64,000 nucleotides of DNA from assembly GCA_900767825.1 (NCBI GenBank), contig CAAGAN010000038.1:29645-93644 (forward strand), in the 5' to 3' direction. Within the stretch, counting starts at the first letter, position 1, and every line of letters starts with the position of its first letter. This stretch comes from Bacilli bacterium (GTDB taxonomy: Bacteria; Bacillota_I; Bacilli_A; RFN20; CAG-826). Below the pieces are notes generated by a model. The model did no database searches. It was not told where the DNA came from and saw only the letters and a program-made list of their open reading frames with translations. The translations under genes and the position numbers were made by a program. Positions 38,135 to 48,188 of the stretch are shown here, piece by piece.

Positions 38135-38854
38135 ATGAGACTACTAATAATTCGTCATGCTGATCCAGATTATTCAATTGATTCACTTACTCCACTTGGG
38201 TTTAAGCAAGCTAAAGCACTTGGAAAATATCTAAAAGGTATCCAAATAGATGAAGCCTATATCTCTCCTTTAGGAAGGGCACAGGATACTGCTAGATTAG
38301 GTTTAAAATATAAAAACATCAAACCCATTACATTAAAATGGCTTAGGGAATTTGATTCCACCATCCCTTTTCCTGATGGAAGAAAAAATACCTGGGACTG
38401 GCAAGTAAATGAATGGAGTTCTAGCGAAGAAAGCTATTCAATCGATACTTGGCTAAACCAAGAATTAATTAGCAAGAGCCCAAATATAAAAGAATTATAT
38501 AAAGAAAGAATAGATGGATTAGATGAGTTATTAGCTAAACACGGCTACATTAGAGATGGTAGGAATTATAAGGTAATTAAAGAAAGCCATGAGACTATCG
38601 CCTTATTTTGCCATTTCGGGGTCGAATGTATATTTTTAGCCCACTTATTGCATATATCCCCAATTCTTTTGTGGCATCATTTTGTTGCTACCCCAAGTTC
38701 AGTAACAATAATAAATACAGAAGAAAGAAAGCAAGGATTAGCCTCTTGGAGAGTGTCTTGCTTTGGAGATTTATCGCATCTACATAAATACAATGTAGAG
38801 GAAGCTTTTGCTGCTAGATATTGCGAATGCTATAGCGATCCAACTAGGCATTAA
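38135..38854 (+). CDS. Histidine phosphatase (phosphoglycerate mutase-like) family protein
   Basis: LLIIRHADPDY, SPLGRAQDTA and the second His in LFCHFGV. Confidence 0.85.
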   Translation: MRLLIIRHADPDYSIDSLTPLGFKQAKALGKYLKGIQIDEAYISPLGRAQDTARLGLKYKNIKPITLKWLREFDSTIPFPDGRKNTWDWQVNEWSSSEESYSIDTWLNQELISKSPNIKELYKERIDGLDELLAKHGYIRDGRNYKVIKESHETIALFCHFGVECIFLAHLLHISPILLWHHFVATPSSVTIINTEERKQGLASWRVSCFGDLSHLHKYNVEEAFAARYCECYSDPTRH

Positions 38855-39378
38855 GAAATCTTTTTATTGGATTTAAAACGTGCATAATAGGCATTATCTT
38901 CTTTTAAAGATATCTGGCCCGTGTATCTTTTAGAATTGACTGTATAGGATAAATATAGCTTAGCGTTGCTAGGAATTTTGCTAGTAACTCTAAAAGAAAC
39001 AACGCAGGTCAAACTATCCCCTGGATTAATAAATATCCCATAATGCCCTTCATTATTTTTAAAAACTGCATCCTTAGATGAAGAAGGAAGCAAAGGATAA
39101 TCAATACAATATATTTGCTTTTGCTTTCCTTCGTCCATATATAGCAAGGACAACTCATTAAATACCCTTTTCTTCTTGAATGAAGTCGCGTCTAGATTAA
39201 TCTCTAATCTAATCTCGTCTTGGCTTAATAAATTCATATTGCGGACCCTAAATTCGAAATCCCCACTGAATTTAAGCCTCTCCGCCACTTTGGCTAATAT
39301 AAGCAAAAGAACGACACCTGCAATCGCAGCTATCGAGGCAATGATTGAAGTTGATTTAGAAGCCAAGACAAATAACAT
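38851..39378 (-). CDS. Hypothetical N-terminally anchored membrane protein
   Basis: One N-terminal TM helix (IIASIAAIAGVVLLLILAKV). I recognise no motif. Confidence 0.5.
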   Translation of the reverse strand: MLFVLASKSTSIIASIAAIAGVVLLLILAKVAERLKFSGDFEFRVRNMNLLSQDEIRLEINLDATSFKKKRVFNELSLLYMDEGKQKQIYCIDYPLLPSSSKDAVFKNNEGHYGIFINPGDSLTCVVSFRVTSKIPSNAKLYLSYTVNSKRYTGQISLKEDNAYYARFKSNKKIS

Positions 39379-39426
39379 AATGAAAAAGATATATTTATAA
39401 AGTATTTATTACAACTTGAAAGGGCT

Positions 39427-40584
39427 TTATTTAGCCTTATTCGATTTCTTTTTAAGTTTGTAGTAAGTATATCCTAGGACTATTCCTTCAAATAATGGAT
39501 AACAAATATGGATTAATCCAAAGAAAAGATATTTACTCGCATCAAAGTTTTTGCCCTTGCATATAAATATAAAGGCAATCCCATAACAAATAGAAAGAAG
39601 CGGGAAGAATATAGAAGAGAAGGCAAAAAATTTAGATTTCTTGAAATTAAATGTCTTCCTATCTTCTACTATATATCCAGTCGGGACATTTGACATAAAA
39701 GTAAAGGCAATTGCCATTAATATAGTAACAGTAAACATCCATCCAAGTTCAGGAGTAGAGAAAGCAAAATATATTGGACCAGTTGAAGCTGCTAAGGCAA
39801 AGAAGACAATAGAGAAGGCAATATTAGCAAGGTCGCTTTTGTCTTCCTTTGATATATTAATATTTATATTGAATTTAAAAGGTTTCTTTTCTTCTTTAGG
39901 CTTGCTAGGTTCTTTTGTTTCTTCTTTTGGTTTATCTTCATTAAATAAAGTCCCAGGGACAACTTCCTTAGTCTCGCATATATCATCGATAAAGGCTTTA
40001 AATCCCACTTCTTCTGCCTTTTTATAATCTTCCATATAGAAAGGCTTTGTTTCATTTATTTGATTTAGGTTAGGAGAGAAGGAAATACTTAATTCATCCC
40101 TAATATAATCTCTAGGTAAGATAAATAAAGGATAAGAAGGGAAGAGTTTGGATATTAGATATAATAAATGGGGATATAAATCTATATCTGCATTAGATAA
40201 ATCTAATAGCAAATAAAGAGGTTTCTCTTTTAAAATGGAATATATATCTAAAGAGAACCTAATCAATTTATCTTTATTAATATCATCTAATCCTTTTTCT
40301 TTTGAATAAGTCGATACCATCGCATTGATGTCATCATTTTCAAAATCAATTCCATTACTTAATAAAACATGACTAGACGAAGTAAAAGAAATAATCCCAT
40401 ATCTAATATTTTCATTAAATACATCTACTTCATCTATATAAAAACATCCATCTACTTTCATTTGCTTTGCTAAAGCGTGAAAGAAAATAGGTGCATCCTT
40501 ACCTAAAAGGAAGAGATTACCTTTAGGAGAATCCCCTACAAAGGTGTAACTAGAATTATGTAGATGGAAGAAAGATGAAATCAT
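39427..40584 (-). CDS. Hypothetical protein: degenerate ABC-ATPase-like N-domain, K/E/P-rich linker and a 4-TM C-terminal region
   Basis: LLGKDAPIFFHALAKQM sits at the Walker A position and LYLLLDLSNADIDL at the Walker B position, both lacking catalytic residues. The linker is KPKEETKEPSKPKEEKKP. Confidence 0.5.
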   Translation of the reverse strand: MISSFFHLHNSSYTFVGDSPKGNLFLLGKDAPIFFHALAKQMKVDGCFYIDEVDVFNENIRYGIISFTSSSHVLLSNGIDFENDDINAMVSTYSKEKGLDDINKDKLIRFSLDIYSILKEKPLYLLLDLSNADIDLYPHLLYLISKLFPSYPLFILPRDYIRDELSISFSPNLNQINETKPFYMEDYKKAEEVGFKAFIDDICETKEVVPGTLFNEDKPKEETKEPSKPKEEKKPFKFNININISKEDKSDLANIAFSIVFFALAASTGPIYFAFSTPELGWMFTVTILMAIAFTFMSNVPTGYIVEDRKTFNFKKSKFFAFSSIFFPLLSICYGIAFIFICKGKNFDASKYLFFGLIHICYPLFEGIVLGYTYYKLKKKSNKAK

Positions 40585-40585
40585 A

Positions 40586-41716
40586 TTACTGCTTTAACCA
40601 GGTTTCCTTATTAACTATATCAATATATTTGGATATAGTTCTAGAAACAATTGAAGATACTTCATTCGTATCATAATCTGGAACGATACGTAATTTATTA
40701 CCTTTTTTATGTATTTCCCTAGCCTCTTCTATGCCTTTTTTAATGCCATCATAGTCAACTCCACCTAGAACAATCGACCCATGTATATTAGCTTCTTGTC
40801 TTTCAGTTGAAGTCCTAATCAAGACGGCAGGGAAATCTAAAATTGAGGATTCTTCAGACAAAGTGCCTGAATCAGAAAGGACTACATAGGCATTTTCCTG
40901 TAATTTAACATATTCAAAGAATCCAAATGGCTTGGATTCGATTATATATGGCGATAGCTTGAATCCAAGGCTATCTAGACGTTTTCTTGTACGTGGATGG
41001 ACTGAAAAAATAGCAGGCATTTTCAATTCATCTACTATTTTATTTAAGGCAGGAAATAAAGTATTAAATTTAGATGGAATATCGACATTTTCTTCCCTGT
41101 GGCTAGATATAACAATATATTTGCCTTTACTTAATCCTAGGTCTTCAATAACTGTACTAGATTCGATTTTGTCGCGATAATTATCGATTACTTCTTTCAT
41201 TGGAGAACCAGTTTTGACAAGTCTATCAACACTTAATCCTTCTTTTATCAAATTGCCATAGGCATAGAAAGAATAAGGCAAGTTGACATCAGAAATATGG
41301 TCTACGATAGTCCTATTGGTCATCTCGGCAACATTCCAGTCGCTACACCTATTGCCTGCTTCCATATGGAATATGGGACATTTTAATCTTTTCGCAGATA
41401 TTGCACTTAAGGCGCTATTTGTATCACCAAGTATCAATATGGCATCAGGATTTACTTCTTTTATCAAATCAAAGGATTTAGCAATGACATTACCCATCGT
41501 ATGACCTAGGTTTTCCCCTACTGCACCTAAAAAATAATCAGGTTTACGTAATCCAAATTCCTTAAAGAATATCTCATTAAGTTCATAATCATAATTCTGT
41601 CCTGTATGGACCAAGATATGATCAAAATCCTTGTCTAGCCTTTTTATGACTTCGCATAGACGAATTATTTCAGGACGGGTCCCTACTATTGTCATTACCT
41701 TGTATTTCTTATTCAT
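40586..41716 (-). CDS. fnlC: UDP-N-acetylglucosamine 2-epimerase (non-hydrolysing), FnlC/CapG-like
   Basis: IVGTRPEIIRL, HTGQNYD and ILGDTNSALS, with operon context downstream of FnlA/FnlB homologs. Confidence 0.85.
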   Translation of the reverse strand: MNKKYKVMTIVGTRPEIIRLCEVIKRLDKDFDHILVHTGQNYDYELNEIFFKEFGLRKPDYFLGAVGENLGHTMGNVIAKSFDLIKEVNPDAILILGDTNSALSAISAKRLKCPIFHMEAGNRCSDWNVAEMTNRTIVDHISDVNLPYSFYAYGNLIKEGLSVDRLVKTGSPMKEVIDNYRDKIESSTVIEDLGLSKGKYIVISSHREENVDIPSKFNTLFPALNKIVDELKMPAIFSVHPRTRKRLDSLGFKLSPYIIESKPFGFFEYVKLQENAYVVLSDSGTLSEESSILDFPAVLIRTSTERQEANIHGSIVLGGVDYDGIKKGIEEAREIHKKGNKLRIVPDYDTNEVSSIVSRTISKYIDIVNKETWLKQ

Positions 41717-42824
41717 CGCTTCTTACCTTCATAAATATCGTATCAGGATTTTTTTGATCATATAATTCATTCGCCCACATAAGGGTAACTGAATCTTCTT
41801 TACCAATGTTTGTTATGGAATGGGTATATCCTGGAGGTATATCGATTACTTCTAATTTATCTCCGCTTGTCTTAATTGAAATTATTTCATCTGAATCTAT
41901 TTTCCTAAATTCAGTAAGGCAAGTCCCGGATACAACAAGGAATTTCTCATTCTTTGTGTGATGGTAATGATTACCTTTAGTAATCCCAGGTTTAGATATA
42001 TTAATTGATACCTGTCCCTGCCCGATTGTCTTTAATACTTCGGTAAATGAACCCCTGTAATCTTTATGCATATCTAATGGATAGGCAAAATTAGATTTAT
42101 CTAGATAACTTAGATAAGTCGAATGTAGCTTCTTTTCAAATGGAGTAGCTATATTAGGCACCATATGGTTAATTCTAGATTGCTTGAAGCTTTCTAATAA
42201 TGAGGCAACTTCTTCTAGAGTCTTGGAATAATGGGGCTCGACATAAAGAATTTCGTTAGATCCAGCATGATTTCCTTCGATAATAGAAATGAAGCTAGAT
42301 GCAATATCATCGATATAGACAAAATCGATAGACGGGGCATCTTTATTTATTTCTATAGGCAAATCGTGAGCAATGTTATAACACCAAGTCGCGATTACTG
42401 AATTATAGGAAGGTCTGCACCACTTCCCAAATACGTTATATAGCCTAAATACATATACGGGGTGGTTATTTTCTTTTGAAAAAGAGAAAAATAGGTCTTC
42501 TGCCATCTTCTTGCTTTTCCCATAATCTGAAGTAGATGTCGCTTTAGTTGAACTAGTTAGAATTATAGGAGACTTAGATCCTACTTTCTTGACTATATCT
42601 AATAATCTAGCAGCAAAATTGACATTGCCATCATAGAATTCTTCTTTGCTTAAAGGTCTATTGATTCCGGCAAGGTTAATAATAAAATCGCTAGAAGAGA
42701 CATATTCTTCTAATTTATCTTCATCCCCAACATCATAACTTAAAACTTCATATCCTTTTTCTTTAAGGAAAAAAGACAAGTTCTTACCAATAAATCCTTT
42801 CGCACCAGTTAGAAGTATCTTCAT
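41709..42824 (-). CDS. fnlB: CapF/FnlB-like bifunctional reductase/epimerase (SDR + cupin)
   Basis: MKILLTGAKGFIGKNL Rossmann fold plus a C-terminal cupin (GNHYHHTKNEKFLV). The ATG at 42824 overlaps the fnlA stop (ATGA); the track start at 42833 is a TTG. Confidence 0.85.
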   Translation of the reverse strand: MKILLTGAKGFIGKNLSFFLKEKGYEVLSYDVGDEDKLEEYVSSSDFIINLAGINRPLSKEEFYDGNVNFAARLLDIVKKVGSKSPIILTSSTKATSTSDYGKSKKMAEDLFFSFSKENNHPVYVFRLYNVFGKWCRPSYNSVIATWCYNIAHDLPIEINKDAPSIDFVYIDDIASSFISIIEGNHAGSNEILYVEPHYSKTLEEVASLLESFKQSRINHMVPNIATPFEKKLHSTYLSYLDKSNFAYPLDMHKDYRGSFTEVLKTIGQGQVSINISKPGITKGNHYHHTKNEKFLVVSGTCLTEFRKIDSDEIISIKTSGDKLEVIDIPPGYTHSITNIGKEDSVTLMWANELYDQKNPDTIFMKVRSDE

Positions 42825-43840
42825 GAAAGGCAACTTCCTCCAAACAAGGATAATTTCTTAAGCAATTTCTTCATTCCCTCGACATCAAGTCGAGTCGTAT
42901 TATGCGAATTATAGGTATCTATTTGATCCATCTTTGGCTCGCCTTTAGAGAAGTATTTGTCATAATTCAAATCTCTATTATCGGCAGCAATTCTAAAGAA
43001 ATTACCCATATCTTCTGCCCTAACCATTTCTTCTGAAGTCACTAGGGTCTCGTATAATTTCTCCCCATGTCTAGTCCCAATGTTTTGGATACCAGTTTTA
43101 GATCCGGTTAGTTCAATAACAGCTTTGGCTAATGTATCAATTGTGGCAGCTGGAGCTTTTTGGACGAACAAATCACCTTGATGGGCGTGTTGAAAAGCAA
43201 ACATAACTAGATCGACTGCATCATCTAGAGTCATCATGAATCTAGTCATGTCAGGATTAGTAATAGTAATTGGCTTACCTGCCTTGATTTGGTCTAAAAA
43301 TAACGGAATAACTGAACCCCTACTAGCCATGACATTACCATATCTAGTAAGGCAAAGAACTGTATCCCCTTCTAGTAGTTGCCTACTTCTAGCAATGACA
43401 TTCTTTTCCATTAAGGCTTTTGTTATACCCATCGCATTAATTGGATAGGCGGCTTTATCAGTAGATAGGAAAACTGCATTCTTTACATGGTTATTAACAC
43501 AGGCCGTAATAACATTATCCGAGCCAAGTACATTAGTCTTAGTAGCTTCTAAAGGATAGAATTCGCAGGAAGGAACTTGCTTTAAAGCAGCGGCAGAGAA
43601 AACGTAATCAACACCTTTGAAGGCATTTACTATCGAATTATAGTCACGAACATCACCGATATAGAATTTGAGTTTCTCATCATCAAATTCCTTTCTCATG
43701 TCGTCTTGCTTCTTTTCGTCTCTAGAAAGTATCCTGATTTCCTTTATCCCTGTATGGAGGAAACGCCTAGTAACCGCGTGTCCAAAAGAACCGGTTCCCC
43801 CAGTCACAAGAAGAATCTTGTTATCAAATACATCACCCAT
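42821..43840 (-). CDS. fnlA: UDP-GlcNAc 4,6-dehydratase/5-epimerase, FnlA/CapE-like
   Basis: ILLVTGGTGSFG, RILSRDEKKQ, AAALKQVPSCEF, TRYGNVMASRGSVIPLF and IGTRHGEK. Confidence 0.9.
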   Translation of the reverse strand: MGDVFDNKILLVTGGTGSFGHAVTRRFLHTGIKEIRILSRDEKKQDDMRKEFDDEKLKFYIGDVRDYNSIVNAFKGVDYVFSAAALKQVPSCEFYPLEATKTNVLGSDNVITACVNNHVKNAVFLSTDKAAYPINAMGITKALMEKNVIARSRQLLEGDTVLCLTRYGNVMASRGSVIPLFLDQIKAGKPITITNPDMTRFMMTLDDAVDLVMFAFQHAHQGDLFVQKAPAATIDTLAKAVIELTGSKTGIQNIGTRHGEKLYETLVTSEEMVRAEDMGNFFRIAADNRDLNYDKYFSKGEPKMDQIDTYNSHNTTRLDVEGMKKLLKKLSLFGGSCLS

Positions 43841-43900
43841 TAATAAAACTCCGTCACTTAATGGTTAGATTATCGCACTTTTTAGATAGAAAAAGTAGTT

Positions 43901-44803
43901 TTACTTAGTAACGAAGTCTGCAACGTCTTTAAAGACCATCTCTTTTTCGGTCTCATTAAGTATTTCATGTCTCATATGGTCATATAATTTCATGGACACT
44001 TTCTTTATTCCGAGTTTCTTATATGTCTCATATAGCCAGATAGGTCCTTTTGAATTTCTTCCGACTGGATCTTCTTTTCCAGCGATTATGAATATAGAAG
44101 TATTCTTATCGATATTCTTTAATTGCTTCTTGTCCCAGATAGTAGACATACCCTTAAGGAATCCTTTCCAGAAGGAACCCGTATTAAGCGCCCCACAATA
44201 TGGGTCATTTTTATAATTCTCAAGATTTTCTTCATCATAAGAGAGCCAATCTAAATCACTCTTCCTATCCTTAATCGATTTAGCGTAGGCATCAAGCGAT
44301 AGCTTTTGGATTAATGGGACTGGCTTTTCTAGATTGGATTTATTAACAACGATATTCGCGATGAAAGAGGCTAGTTTCATTAAAAAACGTTGTCCCCCAT
44401 TTGAACCACATAATATTATCTTATCTACTTTCCCTGGATAACGTTCCATGAAAGACTGGGTCATAAATGAGCCCATGGAGTGGCCAAAATGAGTTGTAGG
44501 AAGGCCATTTGCTTTAGCCCTATCGACCATTAAGGCAATACCTTCGACATTCTTAAAGAATCCGTCTTTTGGCCAGATTTGTTGCCTTTCAACTGATTCA
44601 GCATTCAATCCTTGTCCGAATGCATCAAGGACAAAGACATTTATTTTCTTTGAATTTAGGTGTTTTGCCACTTCTATATATCTAGTAGCGTGTTCACACA
44701 TGCCAGTCTGGATAGTCAAGTTGTATTTAGCGTCTTTAACGATATATTCGACGCCTTTCATCTTCTCGCCGGTTGATAAAGTAAGTTCAAATTCTTCGTG
44801 CAT
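43901..44803 (-). CDS. Alpha/beta hydrolase (lysophospholipase / monoacylglycerol lipase-like)
   Basis: Nucleophile elbow GHSMGS and a C-terminal H in YDHMRHEIL. Confidence 0.85.
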   Translation of the reverse strand: MHEEFELTLSTGEKMKGVEYIVKDAKYNLTIQTGMCEHATRYIEVAKHLNSKKINVFVLDAFGQGLNAESVERQQIWPKDGFFKNVEGIALMVDRAKANGLPTTHFGHSMGSFMTQSFMERYPGKVDKIILCGSNGGQRFLMKLASFIANIVVNKSNLEKPVPLIQKLSLDAYAKSIKDRKSDLDWLSYDEENLENYKNDPYCGALNTGSFWKGFLKGMSTIWDKKQLKNIDKNTSIFIIAGKEDPVGRNSKGPIWLYETYKKLGIKKVSMKLYDHMRHEILNETEKEMVFKDVADFVTK

Positions 44804-44941
44804 GGATTTTCTCTCCCTTAATTAAAATTATTCTAATCAAATCAAAAGATATTAAAAAGAGAATAAAACCACTTCTATGACAAAAAGACTCTTTTGTAAA
44901 TAAAAAGGACTACTACATCATGCAATAGCCCTTCATGTTCT

Positions 44942-45952
44942 TTATATTCCGTTAGGATTTTTCTTTTGGAAGTTATAAGCATCCCTACAGGCATCGATTA
45001 CATTATATTTAGCAACCCAGCCTAATTCATTTTTAGCCTTATCGCATTCAGCATAATTCTCTGCGACATCCCCTGCTCTTCTTCCTACTATTTCATAAGG
45101 AATCTTAACTCCGGTTGCCTTTTCAAAAGCAGAAATCATTTCTAATACGCTAGTACCTTTTCCAGTACCTAGGTTATAGATAACTAAACCTGGATTTTCT
45201 TCTAGTTTTTTAATAGTAGCAACATGTCCTAAAGCCAAATCAACAACATGGATATAATCCCTTATTCCAGATCCATCTGGAGTTGGGTAATCATCTCCAT
45301 ATACTTTTAGACATTTAAGCTTACCAATTGCTACTTGGCAAATATAAGGCATCAAGTTATTTGGAATGCCGTTTGGATCTTCTCCAAGTAATCCGCTTGG
45401 ATGGGCACCAATTGGATTAAAGTAACGTAACAAGACTGCATTCATACTCTTATCGGCAGCACAATAATCAGTGATGATTCTTTCAATCATGACCTTAGTC
45501 TCGCCATATGGGTTAGTCGCACTCTTTACTGGGTCAGTTTCTTTTAATGGGACTCTATCTGGAACTCCATATACAGTTGCAGAGGAAGAGAAGACTAACT
45601 TCTTGACGTTAAATTCTTTCATCAAAGTCAAAAGATTACATGTAGAAATAAGGTTATTTGAATAATATTCGACTGGTTTAGCAACCGATTCCCCAACTGC
45701 TTTTAATCCAGCAAAATGGATGACTGCATCAAAATGTTCAGCTTCGAATACTTTTCTAAAAGAAGCCATGTCACAGCAATCGATTTCATAGAAAGTCGGC
45801 ATTACTCCAGTTAATGTCTTGATTCTATTTAGGACTTCTTTCTTGGAATTATATAGATTATCGACAACAGAGACTTCATATCCTTTTTCAATTAAGGCTA
45901 TAACGGTTTCGCTTCCTATAAAACCAGTCCCTCCAGTAACTAGAATTCTCAT
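44942..45952 (-). CDS. galE: UDP-glucose 4-epimerase
   Basis: ILVTGGTGFIGS, SSSATVYG, YGETK and RDYIHVVDLA. Confidence 0.95.
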   Translation of the reverse strand: MRILVTGGTGFIGSETVIALIEKGYEVSVVDNLYNSKKEVLNRIKTLTGVMPTFYEIDCCDMASFRKVFEAEHFDAVIHFAGLKAVGESVAKPVEYYSNNLISTCNLLTLMKEFNVKKLVFSSSATVYGVPDRVPLKETDPVKSATNPYGETKVMIERIITDYCAADKSMNAVLLRYFNPIGAHPSGLLGEDPNGIPNNLMPYICQVAIGKLKCLKVYGDDYPTPDGSGIRDYIHVVDLALGHVATIKKLEENPGLVIYNLGTGKGTSVLEMISAFEKATGVKIPYEIVGRRAGDVAENYAECDKAKNELGWVAKYNVIDACRDAYNFQKKNPNGI

Positions 45953-46752
45953 TTCTTCTTCTCCTTCTTGGATTTATTTTCTTCCTTGCTAGGCTTTGCC
46001 TTAGCTTTTTCTTTTTCTTTCTCTTTTACTTCTTCCTTCTTGGCTTTTGCTTTAGCGTGGGTATATTTAGCCTCTGCTAATCGCTTTGCCTCTTTTTCAT
46101 TCGCAATGGCTTCATGTTTTAATTCATGGCTAGAAGGAGTTACTTCTAATGTCGCCACTTCTCCATGAAGTTCATTACGTAATAAGGATATGATGTAATC
46201 AGAAAGCAATTTGTTGGCCTGGCTAGATATAGCAAGGCGAAGTGCTAATAAACCAAGGCTATCCCTAGCGTTTTCAGTCGCTTTCTTTGGGCTTGTCTTG
46301 GCTTCAGCTTTATAACGTTTGGCAATTTGGTCTATCTTAATAGAAACTTTATCGCTAGATTCAGAGATAATTGAAGTCTCTAATTCGCAAAAGAAGGCAT
46401 ATAGTTTCCCTTTATCGGTGGATATACCTTTATCTAATTCAAGCAATAAAGACATATCTGACATAGACAAAGTATTCTTCATGAGGGAAATTGCCATCAA
46501 ATAGCCAATTTGGTCACGTGAATATTTTTTCTTGACAGGTTCAGAAACCATCTTGGCCTTAACATAGTTATTTACCATGAAGGAAGTTAGTTTCTTTTCT
46601 TCATTTGGAGAAAGAGTTTCAAGGGCTCCATTAATGAATTTAAGCACCTGCTCCATATAAAGTTCTACTCCAGGTAGTTCTTTATATTTAGGTAACGAAA
46701 AAGAGGATACTTCCTTTATGTATTGCTTAAGAAGCTCAATCTCTTTTTCCAT
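45949..46752 (-). CDS. DUF1836-like protein with a K/E-rich C-terminal tail
   Basis: LPGVELYMEQVLKFIN, LTSFMVNNYVKAKM and KKKYSRDQIGYLM match my memory of DUF1836. The tail is KAKAKKEEVKEKEKEKAKAK. Confidence 0.6.
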   Translation of the reverse strand: MEKEIELLKQYIKEVSSFSLPKYKELPGVELYMEQVLKFINGALETLSPNEEKKLTSFMVNNYVKAKMVSEPVKKKYSRDQIGYLMAISLMKNTLSMSDMSLLLELDKGISTDKGKLYAFFCELETSIISESSDKVSIKIDQIAKRYKAEAKTSPKKATENARDSLGLLALRLAISSQANKLLSDYIISLLRNELHGEVATLEVTPSSHELKHEAIANEKEAKRLAEAKYTHAKAKAKKEEVKEKEKEKAKAKPSKEENKSKKEKKK

Positions 46753-46757
46753 AATTA

Positions 46758-48188
46758 TTACCTTTTGTTAATTTCTTCGTTCATTATTTTAGCAACTAAC
46801 GAAGCATTTATCTTCCCTTTTCCTTTTTTCATGACTTGTCCGATAAGGAATCCAATAGCCCTGCCATTGCCGCCTTTAAAGTCAGCAATAGACTGTGGGT
46901 TTGCATCTAATACCTCAGTTACCAAAGGTAGTATCTCGCCTGCATCGTTAGATTGCTTCTCGATATGAAGAGCTTTAACTGCATCTTCAATAGAAGAATC
47001 ATTATCAAGGCAATAGAAGAAAATATCCGCGCATTGCTTATGTGAATACCCTTCTTCTTGCATAGATGCTAGTTTCGCTAAATCTTCAGGAGCTAATTTA
47101 AAATCAGCCATGGTCAAGCCATTTTTATTTAGATATGAATTAGTCTCTACAATTAGGAAATTGGATATGGTCTTGGCTAATTTTTCATTGCCCTTGATAC
47201 ATTTTTCAAAATAATAGGCCATATCTAATGAAGACAAGATGATATCGGCATCTACTTCTGCTAAGCCATATGACATATATCTATTCTTTTTCGAATCATA
47301 TAATTCAGGGCAAGTAGATATTGCCTCATTAACAAATTCATCGCTTAATATGATTGGAGTTATATTTGGTTCAGGGAAATATTTATAGTCAACCGCATCG
47401 GTTTTCTTTCTCATCAAAATAGTCTTGCCACTAGATTCATCAAACCTTCTAGTTTCTTGCTCAACCTTGCCTCCACTTAATAAAATGGAGCTTTGCCTAG
47501 ATATTTCATAGGCCAAGGCTAATTCAATATTCTTTAAGGAATTGAGGTTCTTTAATTCGACTTTCGTGCCAAATTCGCTTGACCCATATGGTCTTAAAGA
47601 TACATTTACGTCAACTCTAAGGGAGCCTTCTTCCATCTTGCCATCGCTAGTTAAGGAATAGACAACTATATTCCTAATTGCTTCGACATATCTACTCGCC
47701 TCAACATCTGATCTCATCTCTGGATAAGAGACGATTTCAACTAATGGGGCACCTGCCCTATTGTAGTCTAGAAGAGAATAGTCAACGAAATGGAGTTGCT
47801 TACATGTATCTTCTTCCATGTGGATACGTTCGATTCCAATACGTTTAGGATTGCCATCTTTATCCTTGATCATTAAATATCCATTAGATCCGATAGGCCT
47901 TCTTTGCTGGGTAATCTGGAATCCCTTTGGAAGGTCGGCATAGAAATAATTCTTTCTATCAAAATGAAGAGTATGGTCAATATTCATATGCAAGGCATTT
48001 GCAACTCTAATTGCATTGATAACTGCTTGCTTATTGACTACTGGCATCGTCCCAGGGAAAGCCATATCGAAAGGAGTGACTTCGCTATTTGGGAAACGCG
48101 AGAAAGAATTTGGAGAAGAAGAAAACATCTTGGATTTTGTTTTCATCTGGACATGGATTTCAAGTCCGATAACTGGTTCAAAATTCAT
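46758..48188 (-). CDS. gatB: Asp/Glu-tRNA amidotransferase subunit B
   Basis: EPVIGLEIHVQ, DYNRAGAPLVEIV, RVDVNVS and the C-terminal YqeY-like tail. Confidence 0.97.
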   Translation of the reverse strand: MNFEPVIGLEIHVQMKTKSKMFSSSPNSFSRFPNSEVTPFDMAFPGTMPVVNKQAVINAIRVANALHMNIDHTLHFDRKNYFYADLPKGFQITQQRRPIGSNGYLMIKDKDGNPKRIGIERIHMEEDTCKQLHFVDYSLLDYNRAGAPLVEIVSYPEMRSDVEASRYVEAIRNIVVYSLTSDGKMEEGSLRVDVNVSLRPYGSSEFGTKVELKNLNSLKNIELALAYEISRQSSILLSGGKVEQETRRFDESSGKTILMRKKTDAVDYKYFPEPNITPIILSDEFVNEAISTCPELYDSKKNRYMSYGLAEVDADIILSSLDMAYYFEKCIKGNEKLAKTISNFLIVETNSYLNKNGLTMADFKLAPEDLAKLASMQEEGYSHKQCADIFFYCLDNDSSIEDAVKALHIEKQSNDAGEILPLVTEVLDANPQSIADFKGGNGRAIGFLIGQVMKKGKGKINASLVAKIMNEEINKR

